A DNA stretch of 18,710 nucleotides from Paraspadella gotoi (taxonomy: Eukaryota; Animalia; Chaetognatha). The translations under genes were made by a program, and so were the position numbers. The DNA is taken from NCBI GenBank assembly GCA_051294375.1, contig JBJCIZ010000239.1, positions 1,084,906 through 1,103,615 of the forward strand. Direction: 5' to 3'. Under the pieces are notes generated by a model that did no database searches, was not told where the DNA came from, and was given only the letters and a program-made list of their open reading frames with translations. Below, piece by piece: positions 1 through 9,703 of this stretch (position 1 is the first letter of the stretch; the number at the start of each line of letters is the position of its first letter).

Positions 1-280
1 GCGACGCCTGGACCGGACCCCATGATCGATTCCCGTTGTGACCCTCGATTGACCCAAACGATGACCTTGGATTGACCTTGACTGACCCTTTTGATGACCG
101 ATTCGGCGACCAGCGTCGACGTCGCAATCACCATTTCTTGTAAGTTGTAACAGAAATACTTTTTTTTCAATGTTACATCGTCGTTATACTAACGAACCGA
201 AAAACGAATAATAAATATTTCACATTACATCGCCTGGACCAGTATTTCTAATTTCACGTCGTGGTCATCGTTGTCGATAA

Positions 281-310
281 CGTCGTCGTCGTCGTCGTCG
301 TCGTCGTCGT
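281..310 (+). repeat. (CGT)10 microsatellite; paralogues at ~2699-2725 and ~5699-5721
   Basis: Perfect trinucleotide run seen directly. Confidence 0.95.
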
Positions 311-432
311 TTACCACTTCAAAGAACGAACGACAACGATGACAGAAAGATCTAAATTATTTACATATTTAAACTAAGCCGACTGTTAGACACGCGCGTT
401 GATTCTGTATGCGAAGATCTTGCAACCTGGCT

Positions 433-674
433 NNNNNNNNNNNNNNNNNNNNNNNNNNNNNNNNNNNNNNNNNNNNNNNNNNNNNNNNNNNNNNNNNNNN
501 NNNNNNNNNNNNNNNNNNNNNNNNNNNNNNNNNNNNNNNNNNNNNNNNNNNNNNNNNNNNNNNNNNNNNNNNNNNNNNNNNNNNNNNNNNNNNNNNNNNN
601 NNNNNNNNNNNNNNNNNNNNNNNNNNNNNNNNNNNNNNNNNNNNNNNNNNNNNNNNNNNNNNNNNNNNNNNNNN
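433..674. other. Assembly gap (242 N); other gaps at 3867-3891, 7435-7459 and 9730-9754 (25 N each) and 8637-8659 (23 N)
   Basis: Counted from the sequence. Confidence 0.98.
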
Positions 675-1977
675 ACAAAGGAGACGAAAGGGCCTTTGAC
701 TCCTGATGCCGCCGGCCAATGGCCGATGATTTCAATGCAATGGATTTCCCCGGAGGCTCTTGTTTGTTTCATGGATTCTTGGAAGTCGAGGAGAGACCAT
801 CGCCATGCAACGGAATTGCATTCAACAAATAACGAAAGAAAGATATTCAATTCATTCTCGAAAATGGTGTTCATTCTCTCTGAAAATATAAATGTTTATG
901 CTATTTTAGTCTATCGCGGTTCATTTTCCCGTAGGCCGCTTCCGTGATATAGGAAAAAAAACAAAACAAAAAATTCGCAAAGACAAAAAATAGGCGATGA
1001 GCAAAAACAAATTTTGTTTCCGCCCCCCCGAATGTTTCCGTCTGTTTTTTTTTCTTTTTGTTTTTGTTTTATTGTTTTTCCCTAATGGTTTATTTGGCGA
1101 AATCGTTATAGAACCGTAAAACAAAGATTAAGTTTTGAGAAAGAGGGAGAGCGAAAGAGAAGCGAATGAAAAACAACGGCAGGAGAGAAGAGGAACACCA
1201 AAAAAGGAACTTTAGTTTGTTTCTTTATCTTTTTGAATCGCCTTTGTTTATATATTTTTAAACCCAGTCTTGTCGTCCGCGAGCTAAAAATTAGAAAATG
1301 GAACCGAGAATTGCAGAACTTGAAAAAAAAAAGGATTCCTGAGAGATTAGTTTTGAATTCCGGCGCTGATGCATAGCTTATATTTGCTTATTACGACGCG
1401 TTATAAATTATATATTCTTTGAAATAATTATACCACTTCATTGATAGGGAAGCAGGTCTCTGGGAGTGAATAAACGAGACTTTTGAAAGAGTCTTGATTG
1501 AAAGCTTGCAGGGACCTGCTATGTCATTATTTGTAAGAGTGATGGAGGCCTTAAACACGACAAAGCCTGTCCAATAGTCAGGGGCAAGATAGCTTATTTT
1601 ATTAAATGAATGGATAATTTTTATATGGTTGTACCAATTTCATATATTATTTATGAATTATATTTTTTAATAATTACAAATTCTAATTTACTGAATTACG
1701 TTATTTGAGATACGAAGAATTGATCGCAGAGAAATATTTGACAGACTTTTTGTGAAAACGCTTCAAACTCGTGCGAATGAAAATCAATTGAATGTTTTCC
1801 ACCGAATGACCCTTTGTTTTTCCTCGCCAACGTCAAGCCGCCCTCTAAATACCAAAACTTGAAATCGAAAACAAACAAAAGCGAAACGATGAAAAAAATG
1901 AAATCAAATTTGTCTTTCAACCGGAAGACTTTTTGGTTCGACGCCTTGGGAGGCCATTGGCGAAAACAAAACGGCAC

Positions 1978-1991
1978 AGAGAGAAGAGAGG

Positions 1992-2024
<33 letters not shown>

Positions 2025-2033
2025 CAGGGAGAG

Positions 2034-2094
<61 letters not shown>
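1978..2094 (+). repeat. (GA)n microsatellite; paralogue at 5004-5107
   Basis: Direct observation; source of the spurious RE/SL-repeat ORFs. Confidence 0.97.
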
Positions 2095-2097
<3 letters not shown>

Positions 2098-2212
2098 AGC
2101 ACCATCCAGAAGTGTGACCCACCAGAAGGTCACATGTCACCTCTTTGGTAGCCGGATGAAATGAGGTTTCCGCCGTTTGTGACTGCGCCCATCATTTCTC
2201 CTGCAGCTGTTG

Positions 2213-2280
<68 letters not shown>

Positions 2281-2295
2281 TCTCTTCTCTCCCTC
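2213..2295 (+). repeat. (CT)n microsatellite; paralogue at 5229-5312
   Basis: Direct observation. Confidence 0.96.
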
Positions 2296-2883
2296 ACTGC
2301 TCACTGTCTGCAGCTCTACTCCACTTTTCCTCTCTTCCCTTCTGTCGCCCTGGCTTCGTTATCAGTTATCGGCGCTTGTCACAAATCAAACCTGAATCGC
2401 GACCCCTGGACCCGACCCCATGATCGATTCCCGTTTGTGACGCAATTCGATTGTACGCCAAACGATGACCGGCTTGGATTGACCCTGGACTGACCATTCT
2501 TGATGACGATTGCGACCAGCGTCGAACGTCGCAATCACCATTTCTTTGTAACAGAAATACTTTTTATCAAATGTTACAATCGTCCGTTTAATAGCTAACG
2601 AAACCGAAAAGTGAATATAAATATTTCAGCGTCACATCGCCTGGACCAGTATTTCTAATTTCACGTCGTTGGTCCCTCGTTGTCGATAACGTGTCGTCCG
2701 TCGTCGTCGTCGTCGTCGTCGTCGTTCCACGGCACTTCAAAAGAACGAACGACAAGATGACAGAAAGATCTAAATTATTTTAAAGCATAATTTAAAACTA
2801 AGCCGACTGTTGACACGCGCAGTTGATGTCTGGTATGCGAAGATCTTGCAACCTGGCTCTGTAAATACTCCGTTCGTTTGTGA

Positions 2884-2993
2884 CTCTCTCTCTCTATCTC
2901 TTCTCGTCTCTCTCTCTACAATCTCTCTGCTCTCTCTCTCTCTCTCATCTCTTCTCTCTCTCTCTCGTCCCCTCTCTCCCTCTCTCCCTCCTC
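2884..2993 (+). repeat. Imperfect (CT)n tract; paralogue at ~5902-6020 and under the N gap in copy 1
   Basis: Direct observation. Confidence 0.93.
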
Positions 2994-3584
2994 GCGTTTT
3001 CCGCGCGCGTCCAACGACTCGTCGCCCGTCTCCATGGAGATTGGTATCTCGTCCGATAAACAAAGGAGACGAAAGCCTTTGACTCCTGATGCCGGCCGGC
3101 AATGGCGATGATTTCAAATGCAATGGATTTCCCCGGAGGCTCTTGTTTGTTTCATGGATTCTTGAAGTCGAGGAGAGACCATCGCCATGCCAACGGAATT
3201 GCATTCAACAAATAACGAAAGAAAGATATTCATTCATTCTCGAAAAATGGTGTTCATTCTCCCTGAAAATATAAATGTTTATGGTATTTTAGTCTATTCT
3301 AGTCTCTGAAATTGTAAAACCAATATATGAAATTTCATTCACTAAATCAGCTATCTTGCCCATGACTTTAGACGGTAATTCATTCTACTGTACACGTTTA
3401 AATATTTATTTAATTCTGATTAGTATTGTATTTATGACGCGAAAAGTCTCACAATGGCTAAATAAATTTTCTCAGTATCGTCATAAAAATATCAACAAGT
3501 GGAGCGACTTTTTAATTCTTATAATTCTGCAAAACGTGAACATTAAACTCGGTGACCATCTGAGAAATATTGCTAACGTTGCGA

Positions 3585-4050
3585 ACACAACGACAACGAC
3601 AACGACAACAACGAAGATGACCAGAAGACAAGACATCGACGACGACGACGCGCGACGAAACGACGACGAAGTATGGCATGACGTGAAAGTCAAGGTGCGA
3701 AGAGAGGAAGACGACGTAATGAATTAGCGGGAAAACGAAGACGAAAATGACGACGACGACGACGACGTGAAAGAATTACCGGAGAACGAATCCGACCACG
3801 GTGTCGATGTCTGACGAGATTAGTTCCTTAAAGTGATCGCTTTCCCAGTTGAGTTAATGACTACGANNNNNNNNNNNNNNNNNNNNNNNNNGAGGACGGG
3901 AAATGGGAGAGACGATGACGACGAAGACGACGACGACGATGAAGACGACAATGTCAAAGACGACAAAGACGACGAAGACTTGGGTAATGACATTGATGAC
4001 ACTGTTGACGACAACTAAACAATCGCGATGATGAAGACTTCAGTATCACA
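3585..4050 (+). repeat. Degenerate GAC/GAT/AAC/GAA trinucleotide-rich low-complexity tract
   Basis: Reads as Asp/Glu/Asn in one frame (DDDDEDDDDDEDDNVKDDKDDED) but is interrupted by stops and frameshifts. Confidence 0.8.
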
Positions 4051-4688
4051 CGCGGTTCATTTTCCCGTAGGCCGCTTCCGTGATATAGGAAAAAAAACAA
4101 AACAAAAAATTCGCAAAGACAAAAAATAGGCGATGAGCAAAAACAAATTTTGTTTCCGCCCCCCCGAATGTTTCCGTCTGTTTTTTTTTCTCTTTTGTTT
4201 TTGTTTTATTGTTTTTTTCCTATGGTTTAATTTTGGCGAAACGTTATAGAAACGTCGTAAAAGCAAAGAATAAGTTTTGAGAAAAGAGGGAGAGCGAAGA
4301 GAAGCGAATGAAAAACACGCAGGAGAGAAGGGAACACCAAAAAAGGAAATTAGTTATGTTTCTTATCTTTTTGAATCGCCTTTGTTTATATATTGTTAAA
4401 CCCAGTCCTGTCGTCCGCGAGCTAAAAAATAGAAAATGGAACCGAAATTGAGATTGAAAAAAAACGGATTCCTGAGAGATTAGTTTTATTGAATTCCGGC
4501 GCTGATGCATAGCTTATATATGCTTATTACGACGCATTATAAATTATATTATTATTTGTATAATTATATTAAATACTACATTCTTCTATTGAGTTATGGA
4601 AGAGTACTCTGGGAAGTGAATAACGAGACTTGAAAGAGTCTATTTTGCAGACCGCTATTATTATTTGAAGAGTATGAGCTTGACACCT

Positions 4689-5048
4689 TCCATAGTCAGG
4701 GCAAGATAGCTTTATATGAATGATATTTGGGACATTTCATAATTTATGAAATTTTAAATCATCTATTACGTTAGTGAGATCGAAGATTGACAGAAATATC
4801 GCTTTGAACTTAATGCGAATGATAATTATTCCAAACCGAATGACCTTTGTTTTTCCTCGACCAACGTCAAGCGCCCTCTAAATACCAAAACTTGAAATCG
4901 AAAACAAACAAACGAAACGAATGAAAAAATGAAATCAATTTGTCTTTTCACCGGAAGACTTTTGTTCGACGCTTGGGAGGCCATTGGCGAAAACAAACGC
5001 GACAGAGAGAAGAGAGAGAGGAGAGAGAGAGAGAGATAGAGAGAGAGA

Positions 5049-5107
<59 letters not shown>

Positions 5108-5228
5108 AATCATAGCACCATCCAGAGTGTGACCCCCAAAGGTCACATGTCACCGTCTTTGGTACCGGATGAAATGAGGTTTCCCGCCGTTTGTGACTGC
5201 GCCCATCATTTCTCGCTGCCAGCTGTTG

Positions 5229-5261
<33 letters not shown>

Positions 5262-5268
5262 TCTCTCG

Positions 5269-5302
<34 letters not shown>

Positions 5303-5765
5303 CTTTCTCCTCACTCTCACTGCTCACTCACCACTTTTCCTCTCTTCCCTTCTGTCGCCTCTGGCTTCGTTATCAGTTTATCGGCGCTTGTCACAAAATC
5401 AAAACCTGACGCGACCGCCTGGACCGACCCCATGAATGCGATTTCCCGTTTGTGACGCAATCGATTGAACGCCAAACGATGACCGCTTGGATTGACCTGG
5501 ACTGACCACTTTTGATCGACGATTGCGACCAGCGTCGACCTCGCGACATTCCACAATAGTCTCCTTTGTAACAGAAATACTTTATTATCATGTTACATCG
5601 TCGGTTGTATGCTAAACGAACCGAAAAAGTGAATATAAATATTTCACTACATCGCTGGACCAGTATTTAATTCACGTCGTCCCGTCGATACGTGCGTCCG
5701 TCGTGTCGTCGTCGTGTCGTCGCACGCACTTCAAAAGAACGAACGACAACGATGACAGAAAGATC

Positions 5766-5804
<39 letters not shown>

Positions 5805-6409
5805 TACATAATTTAAAACTAGCCGACTGTTGACACGCAGCGTTGATGTCTGTAATGCGAAAGATCTTGCAACCTGGCTCTGTAAATATCCGTTCGTTTG
5901 TGTCTCCTCTCTCTCTCTTCTCTCTCTCTCTCGTCTCTCTCTGCCCTTCGTCTCTCTCTCTATCTCGTCTCTTCTCTCTCTCTCTCTGTCCTCTCTCTCT
6001 CCGCTCTCTCCCTCCCCTCCCGCGTTTTCCGCGCGGCGTCCACGACTCGTCGCCCGTCTCCATGGAGATGGTATCTCGTCCGATAAACAAAGGAGACGAA
6101 AGCCTTTGACTCCTGATGCCGCCGGCAAATGGCGATGATTTCAAATGCAATGGATTTCCCCGGAGGCTCTTGTTTGTTTTTCATGGATTCTTGAGGCGAG
6201 GAGAGACCAATACGCGAGCCAACGGAATTCATTCACAAATAACGAAAGAAGATATTCATTCCATATCTCGAAAAATGGTGTTCATTCTCAACCTGAAAAT
6301 TAAATGTTTATGATTTAGCATTATTAATTGGTACAACCAGTATATGAAATAATTCATCACTTAAAAATAAGCTATCTTGTCCTGACTTTTGGACGGCTAA
6401 TGTCGGTTT
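4689..6409. mobile_element. Second copy of the inverted-repeat-bounded segment (in tandem copy 3)
   Basis: Left arm 4689-4739 (tccatagtcagggcaagatagctt..., deletion-rich). Right arm 6326-6409 (aattggtacaaccagtata...aataagctatcttgtcctgacttttggacggctaatgtcggttt) closely matches the reverse complement of 1553-1639. Confidence 0.4.
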
Positions 6410-6439
6410 CCTCTATTTGCTTTTGTCATGAATGTACAC

Positions 6440-6643
6440 AATATTGTGGGTAGTTAACGCCTACTCGTCCAAGATCGCGAAACTTGGCCGAGGGTCCAGC
6501 TCCTCCAACCCATGGTCGCCATGTATTCACCAAGTAAAAGGTGGTAACCACGTATTCGGATACTGATCCGGCGGACTTGCGGCAAAGGTCTGCACGCGAT
6601 CGCCAATGCACTATCATCCTATCAGCTACGCCGCAGATTAGAG
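6440..6643 (-). other. ~200-bp GC-richer insertion present in copy 3 only; weakly SINE-like
   Basis: Absent from copy 2 after tgtacac (~3389-3395). The minus strand has tagctgatagg (6628-6618, box-A-like) and ggatcagtatcc (6569-6558, poor box-B-like). The insertion is clear; its identity is speculative. Confidence 0.45.
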
Positions 6644-6809
6644 TAAATTAATTCGTTATTAATCTATAGTATTTTTAATGTATTACGGGTCTTAATGAAA
6701 TAATTCCATTCATAAAATCAAAAGTGGAGCGACTTTTTAATTCTTATAATTCTGCAAAACGTGAACATTAAACTCGGTGACCATCTGAGAAATATTGCTA
6801 ACGTTGAGA

Positions 6810-7590
6810 ACACAACGACCACACGACAACAACGAAGATGACCAAGAAGACAAGACATCGACGAAGACGCAAGCGACGAACGACGACGAAAGTATGGCCA
6901 TGACGTGAAAAAGTCAAGGTGCGAAAGAGAGGAAGACGGACGTATGAATTAGCGGGAAAGACGAGACGAAATGACGACGACGACTGACGACGTGAAAGAA
7001 TTACCGGAGAAACGAAATTCCGCACCACGGTGTCGATGCTGACGAGATTAGTTTCTTAAAGTGATCGCTTTCCCAAGTTGAGTTAATGAATACGAGACGG
7101 GAAAATGGGAGAGACAATGACGACGAAACGACACGACGATGAAGACGACAATGTCAAAGACGACAAAGAGACGAAGACTTGGTAATGACATTGATGACAC
7201 TGTTGACGACAACTAAACAATGCGATGATGAAGACTTCAGTATCACAGACGGTAATGAACACAAAGATTACAAGAATTGACAAGCAAGTGAACAGATTAA
7301 ATGACGATAGCTCAGCGGGGCTGAAAGATTAGAGGCAGACAACGAAACTATGACGCACGAATAGAATGACAATCATGAAGGCGAGGCTTGACAAAGATTA
7401 CAGGACAATGACAACGACGACGGTGATGACAATGNNNNNNNNNNNNNNNNNNNNNNNNNACGAAAATGGCAGAGATGACAATCATTAAGACGAGGATGAC
7501 AATGATTACAGGACAATGACAACGACGACCGTGATGACAATGACGAAAATGGCAGAGATGACAATCATTAAGACGAGGATGATCTCGACG
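6810..7590 (+). repeat. Longer copy of the GAC/GAT-rich low-complexity tract
   Basis: Paralogous to 3585-4050 up to 7247, then continues with the same triplet bias. Confidence 0.8.
7366..7583 (+). repeat. 83-bp minisatellite, ~2.3 copies, interrupted by a 25-N gap
   Basis: cgaaaatggcagagatgacaatcattaagacgaggatga occurs at 7461 and 7544 (period 83). gattacaggacaatgacaacgacgac.gtgatgacaatg occurs twice. Confidence 0.88.
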
Positions 7591-7643
7591 TTTGGAAAAA
7601 ATGAGAAGGATGGCAAAGAGAGAAAACAATAATTTCTAGGAAA

Positions 7644-7759
7644 AGCTGATATGATTTTAAAACATAAGCCCTCTTGATTTTTAAAACATTAGAAATTAAA
7701 AAATTAGCTGTTACGATTTTAAAACGTTATGCTTTAAAACATCAGGTTATGATTTAAAA
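7644..7759 (+). repeat. Degenerate ~15-25 bp tandem repeat (gattttaaaacat.agc..ttat-like)
   Basis: A (ga)tttt aaaac core recurs about five to six times. Confidence 0.65.
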
Positions 7760-7930
7760 GAGAGATGCGCCAAAGTCGAACGAATAATTTCATTTCCTAG
7801 GGAGAAGACTTTCCCAGGTTTTTCCTTTGGCCGCCAGTTTCGTTCGCGATTCTAAATTTGTCAAAACTTTCTCTTTCGCTTTGTCCTAAATTGGGAAATT
7901 GTAAACCAATTATAGCATTCGTGCCTGGTA

Positions 7931-7966
7931 GGAGAAAGAGAAGAGAGAGAGAGAGAGAGAGGGAGA

Positions 7967-8001
<35 letters not shown>
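7931..8001 (+). repeat. (GA)n microsatellite
   Basis: Direct observation. A (CGA)n run follows at ~8137-8163, and further (GA)n tracts lie at 8786-8826 and 9060-9084. Confidence 0.95.
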
Positions 8002-8004
<3 letters not shown>

Positions 8005-8443
8005 TGCCGCTTCAGTATCTTCTCCCCGTTAAACGGATTTCGTGAGAACGAGACATTCGGCCGCAGCGACGCTATTTTGTTTGTTTACCTTTTTTTTTCC
8101 AGGAGAGAAACGTAATTCGCCCGAAAAGTAAACAAACGACTACGACGACGACGACGACGACGACAACTGGGCAGAATCCAATTTTCCAGGAATTAGGGTC
8201 GGCTCCTCGCTTTTGTTTTTTGTGTCCTTGAGTTTCAGATGCCGGCATCGGCAAGCTCGCCAGGTGCAAAAAGGGGACGAGTTATTTTTAACGTTTTAAA
8301 GATATACCTTATCGAATGAAATAATTATTAATTAAAAAATGATTCTGTAAATACGATAGGAAATACTATTTTATATTACCCGGTTAAATTGAAGTAAAGA
8401 TACTTAATAATCATTGTTTTGATCGATTATTACTATTATTGTC

Positions 8444-8540
8444 TAATATAAAGATATATTTTCATCATGGAGAAAAGTGCATTTAACAAACGAATTTTTT
8501 TGTTAAATGCACTCCATGATGAAAATATATCTTTATATTA
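8444..8540. repeat. 97-nt near-perfect palindrome/hairpin (42-bp stem, 5-nt bulge, 8-nt loop)
   Basis: taatataaagatatattttcatcatgg[agaaa]agtgcatttaacaaa (8444-8490) is the exact reverse complement of 8499-8540 apart from the bracketed bulge. A 13-bp direct repeat, tactattattgtc, lies at 8431-8443 and 8571-8583. Confidence 0.95.
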
Positions 8541-8782
8541 AATTATTAGTGCTTGCGATGACGTTAAAAGTACTATTATTGTCATTATCATTAACTTTTA
8601 TTCAATTTTTGTAGTTTTTTTTATGTCATCTTCATTNNNNNNNNNNNNNNNNNNNNNNNTATAATCCGAATTGCAAATAAATAATAATAAATAAATAATT
8701 CCGATTTATTTTACAACCGTGACCGTCAAAGACCGAAACCTACAAAAAAAAAACCTCTGCATTTTTTCTCTTGGGGTGAAAA

Positions 8783-8830
<48 letters not shown>

Positions 8831-9272
8831 ATCGCTTTCCTAACTCAAGATATTTCGGGAAAGATCTTCAGACATTCTGGTTCAAACTGGAGACGATTCA
8901 TCGCGTAGAGAGTCGTAGACATCACCGTCTCTAGACAAAAGAAGCTTATCTTTAGTTTTCTGTTCTGAGTTTCTTAACATGAACAAACGTCGTTTGTATG
9001 CAGACACTTTTTTTAGGAAAAAGTCTGGGTCTAGTTTTTCCATCGAGGTGGAAAAAGTTAGAGAGAGAGAGAGAGAGAGAGAGACGTTGGAAACCAAAAT
9101 ATTTTGAGAAGACAAATGTTATTGAGACAATGAAGATTACGCTGAGAAAGATTTTTTTTTTTGAAGGATAAGGAGTAAAGAGAAAAAAGGTTTTGGTGTA
9201 AAGACTTAAAAGTGAGAAATATTTTCAAAGTTCACTGAAGAGATGGTTCTGAAACTATTTTAATCTTTCATA

Positions 9273-9414
9273 TTCTTTTTTCTTTCTTTTCATCTTTCTT
9301 TCGTTCTTTCTTTCTTTCAATTTTCTCTTTCTTTCCTTTTTTCTTTCTTTCATTCATTCTTTCTTTTTTCCCCATTCTTTCTTCTTTCTTTCTCTTTTTT
9401 CTCTCGTTCTTTTT

Positions 9415-9445
<31 letters not shown>

Positions 9446-9494
9446 ATCTTTCTTTCCTTCTTCTTTCTTCTTTCTTTTCTCTCGCTTCTCCTTT
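9273..9494 (+). repeat. Polypyrimidine / (TTTC)n tract
   Basis: Direct observation; explains the K/E/R-rich minus-strand ORFs. Confidence 0.95.
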
Positions 9495-9500
9495 GTGAAG

Positions 9501-9609
9501 CCCCAGAGTCCCCGGCCAAACAAACAACTTCGGCTCGAATCAATTTCAAAGGTAGAGAAAACTCCAGAGACTTTGAAAAACAAGGGGGAGTTCTAGACGC
9601 TGTCAGAAG
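9501..9609 (+). other. Candidate spliced exon (unknown gene)
   Basis: Preceded by a long pyrimidine tract ending ...ctttgtgaag (alternative acceptor ccccag at 9506) and followed by a consensus donor AG|GTAAGT at 9610. One frame is open (PESPAKQTTSARINFKGRENSRDFEKQGGVLDAVR). No homology recognised. Confidence 0.3.
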
Positions 9610-9630
9610 GTAAGTTCAAAATCAAACAGT

Positions 9631-9703
9631 AGGAGAGAGAGAAGAGAGAGAAGACGAGAGAGAGAGAGAGAGAGAGAGCAGAGAGCAGAGGCGAGACTAG
9701 AGA
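9631..9703 (+). repeat. Imperfect (GA)n tract; paralogous to 17514-17614
   Basis: Both tracts are preceded by ggtaagttcaa(aa)tcaaa.agtagga. Confidence 0.85.

Larger units (their letters stand above)
1..914 (+). repeat. Copy 1 (partial) of a ~3.1-kb tandem segmental repeat
   Basis: Seen directly: 1-914 aligns by eye to 2399-~3296 and 5411-~6320 (gcgac..ctggaccg.accccatgatcgattccc; tgcgaagatcttgcaacctggct; acaaaggagacgaaag..ctttgactcctgatgcc). It ends at ttttagtctat and joins directly to the start of copy 2. Confidence 0.92.
1553..3375. mobile_element. ~1.8-kb segment bounded by ~80-90 bp inverted repeats; possible non-autonomous DNA transposon
   Basis: The reverse complement of 1564-1642 (tgaaattggtacaaccatata...aataagctatcttgcccctgactattggacaggct) matches 3307-3375 (tgaaattgtaaaaccaatata...agctatcttgcccatgactttagacgg). 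The inverted repeat is seen directly. The transposon reading is inference, since no transposase or clear target-site duplication is visible. Confidence 0.4.
915..4050 (+). repeat. Copy 2 of the ~3.1-kb tandem segmental repeat
   Basis: Begins cgcggttcattttcccgtaggccgc at 915, identical to 4051. Colinear with 4051-7247 throughout and ends at gaagacttcagtatcaca (4050). Confidence 0.93.
4051..7247 (+). repeat. Copy 3 of the ~3.1-kb tandem segmental repeat (continues into unique sequence)
   Basis: Same start as copy 2. Homology to copy 2 ends at gaagacttcagtatcaca (7247), after which the GAC/GAT-rich tract continues. Carries an extra A29 run (5772-5800) and an extra ~200 bp segment (~6440-6643). 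Confidence 0.93.

Noticed and set aside
361-947. Long ORFs of 96-182 aa
   Set aside because: They stay open only because they cross 242 N. The paralogous copies show CT microsatellite there and do not conserve the frames.
921-1124. Minus-strand ORF with a hydrophobic C-terminus, repeated at 4057-4266
   Set aside because: The identity reflects the duplicated DNA, the N-termini differ by frameshifts, and the hydrophobic stretch comes from T-rich sequence.
1814-3274. RE-, SL- and LS-repeat ORFs (also 4826-6313 and 7858-8115)
   Set aside because: Stop-free translation of (GA)n/(CT)n tracts. Frames are not conserved between copies and no domain is recognisable.
8882-9043. Minus-strand 53-aa ORF MEKLDPDFFLKKVSAYKRRLF...
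   Set aside because: Short, with no recognisable homology or splice support; within chance expectation.
9268-9583. K/E/R-rich ORFs
   Set aside because: Translation of the (TTTC)n tract.
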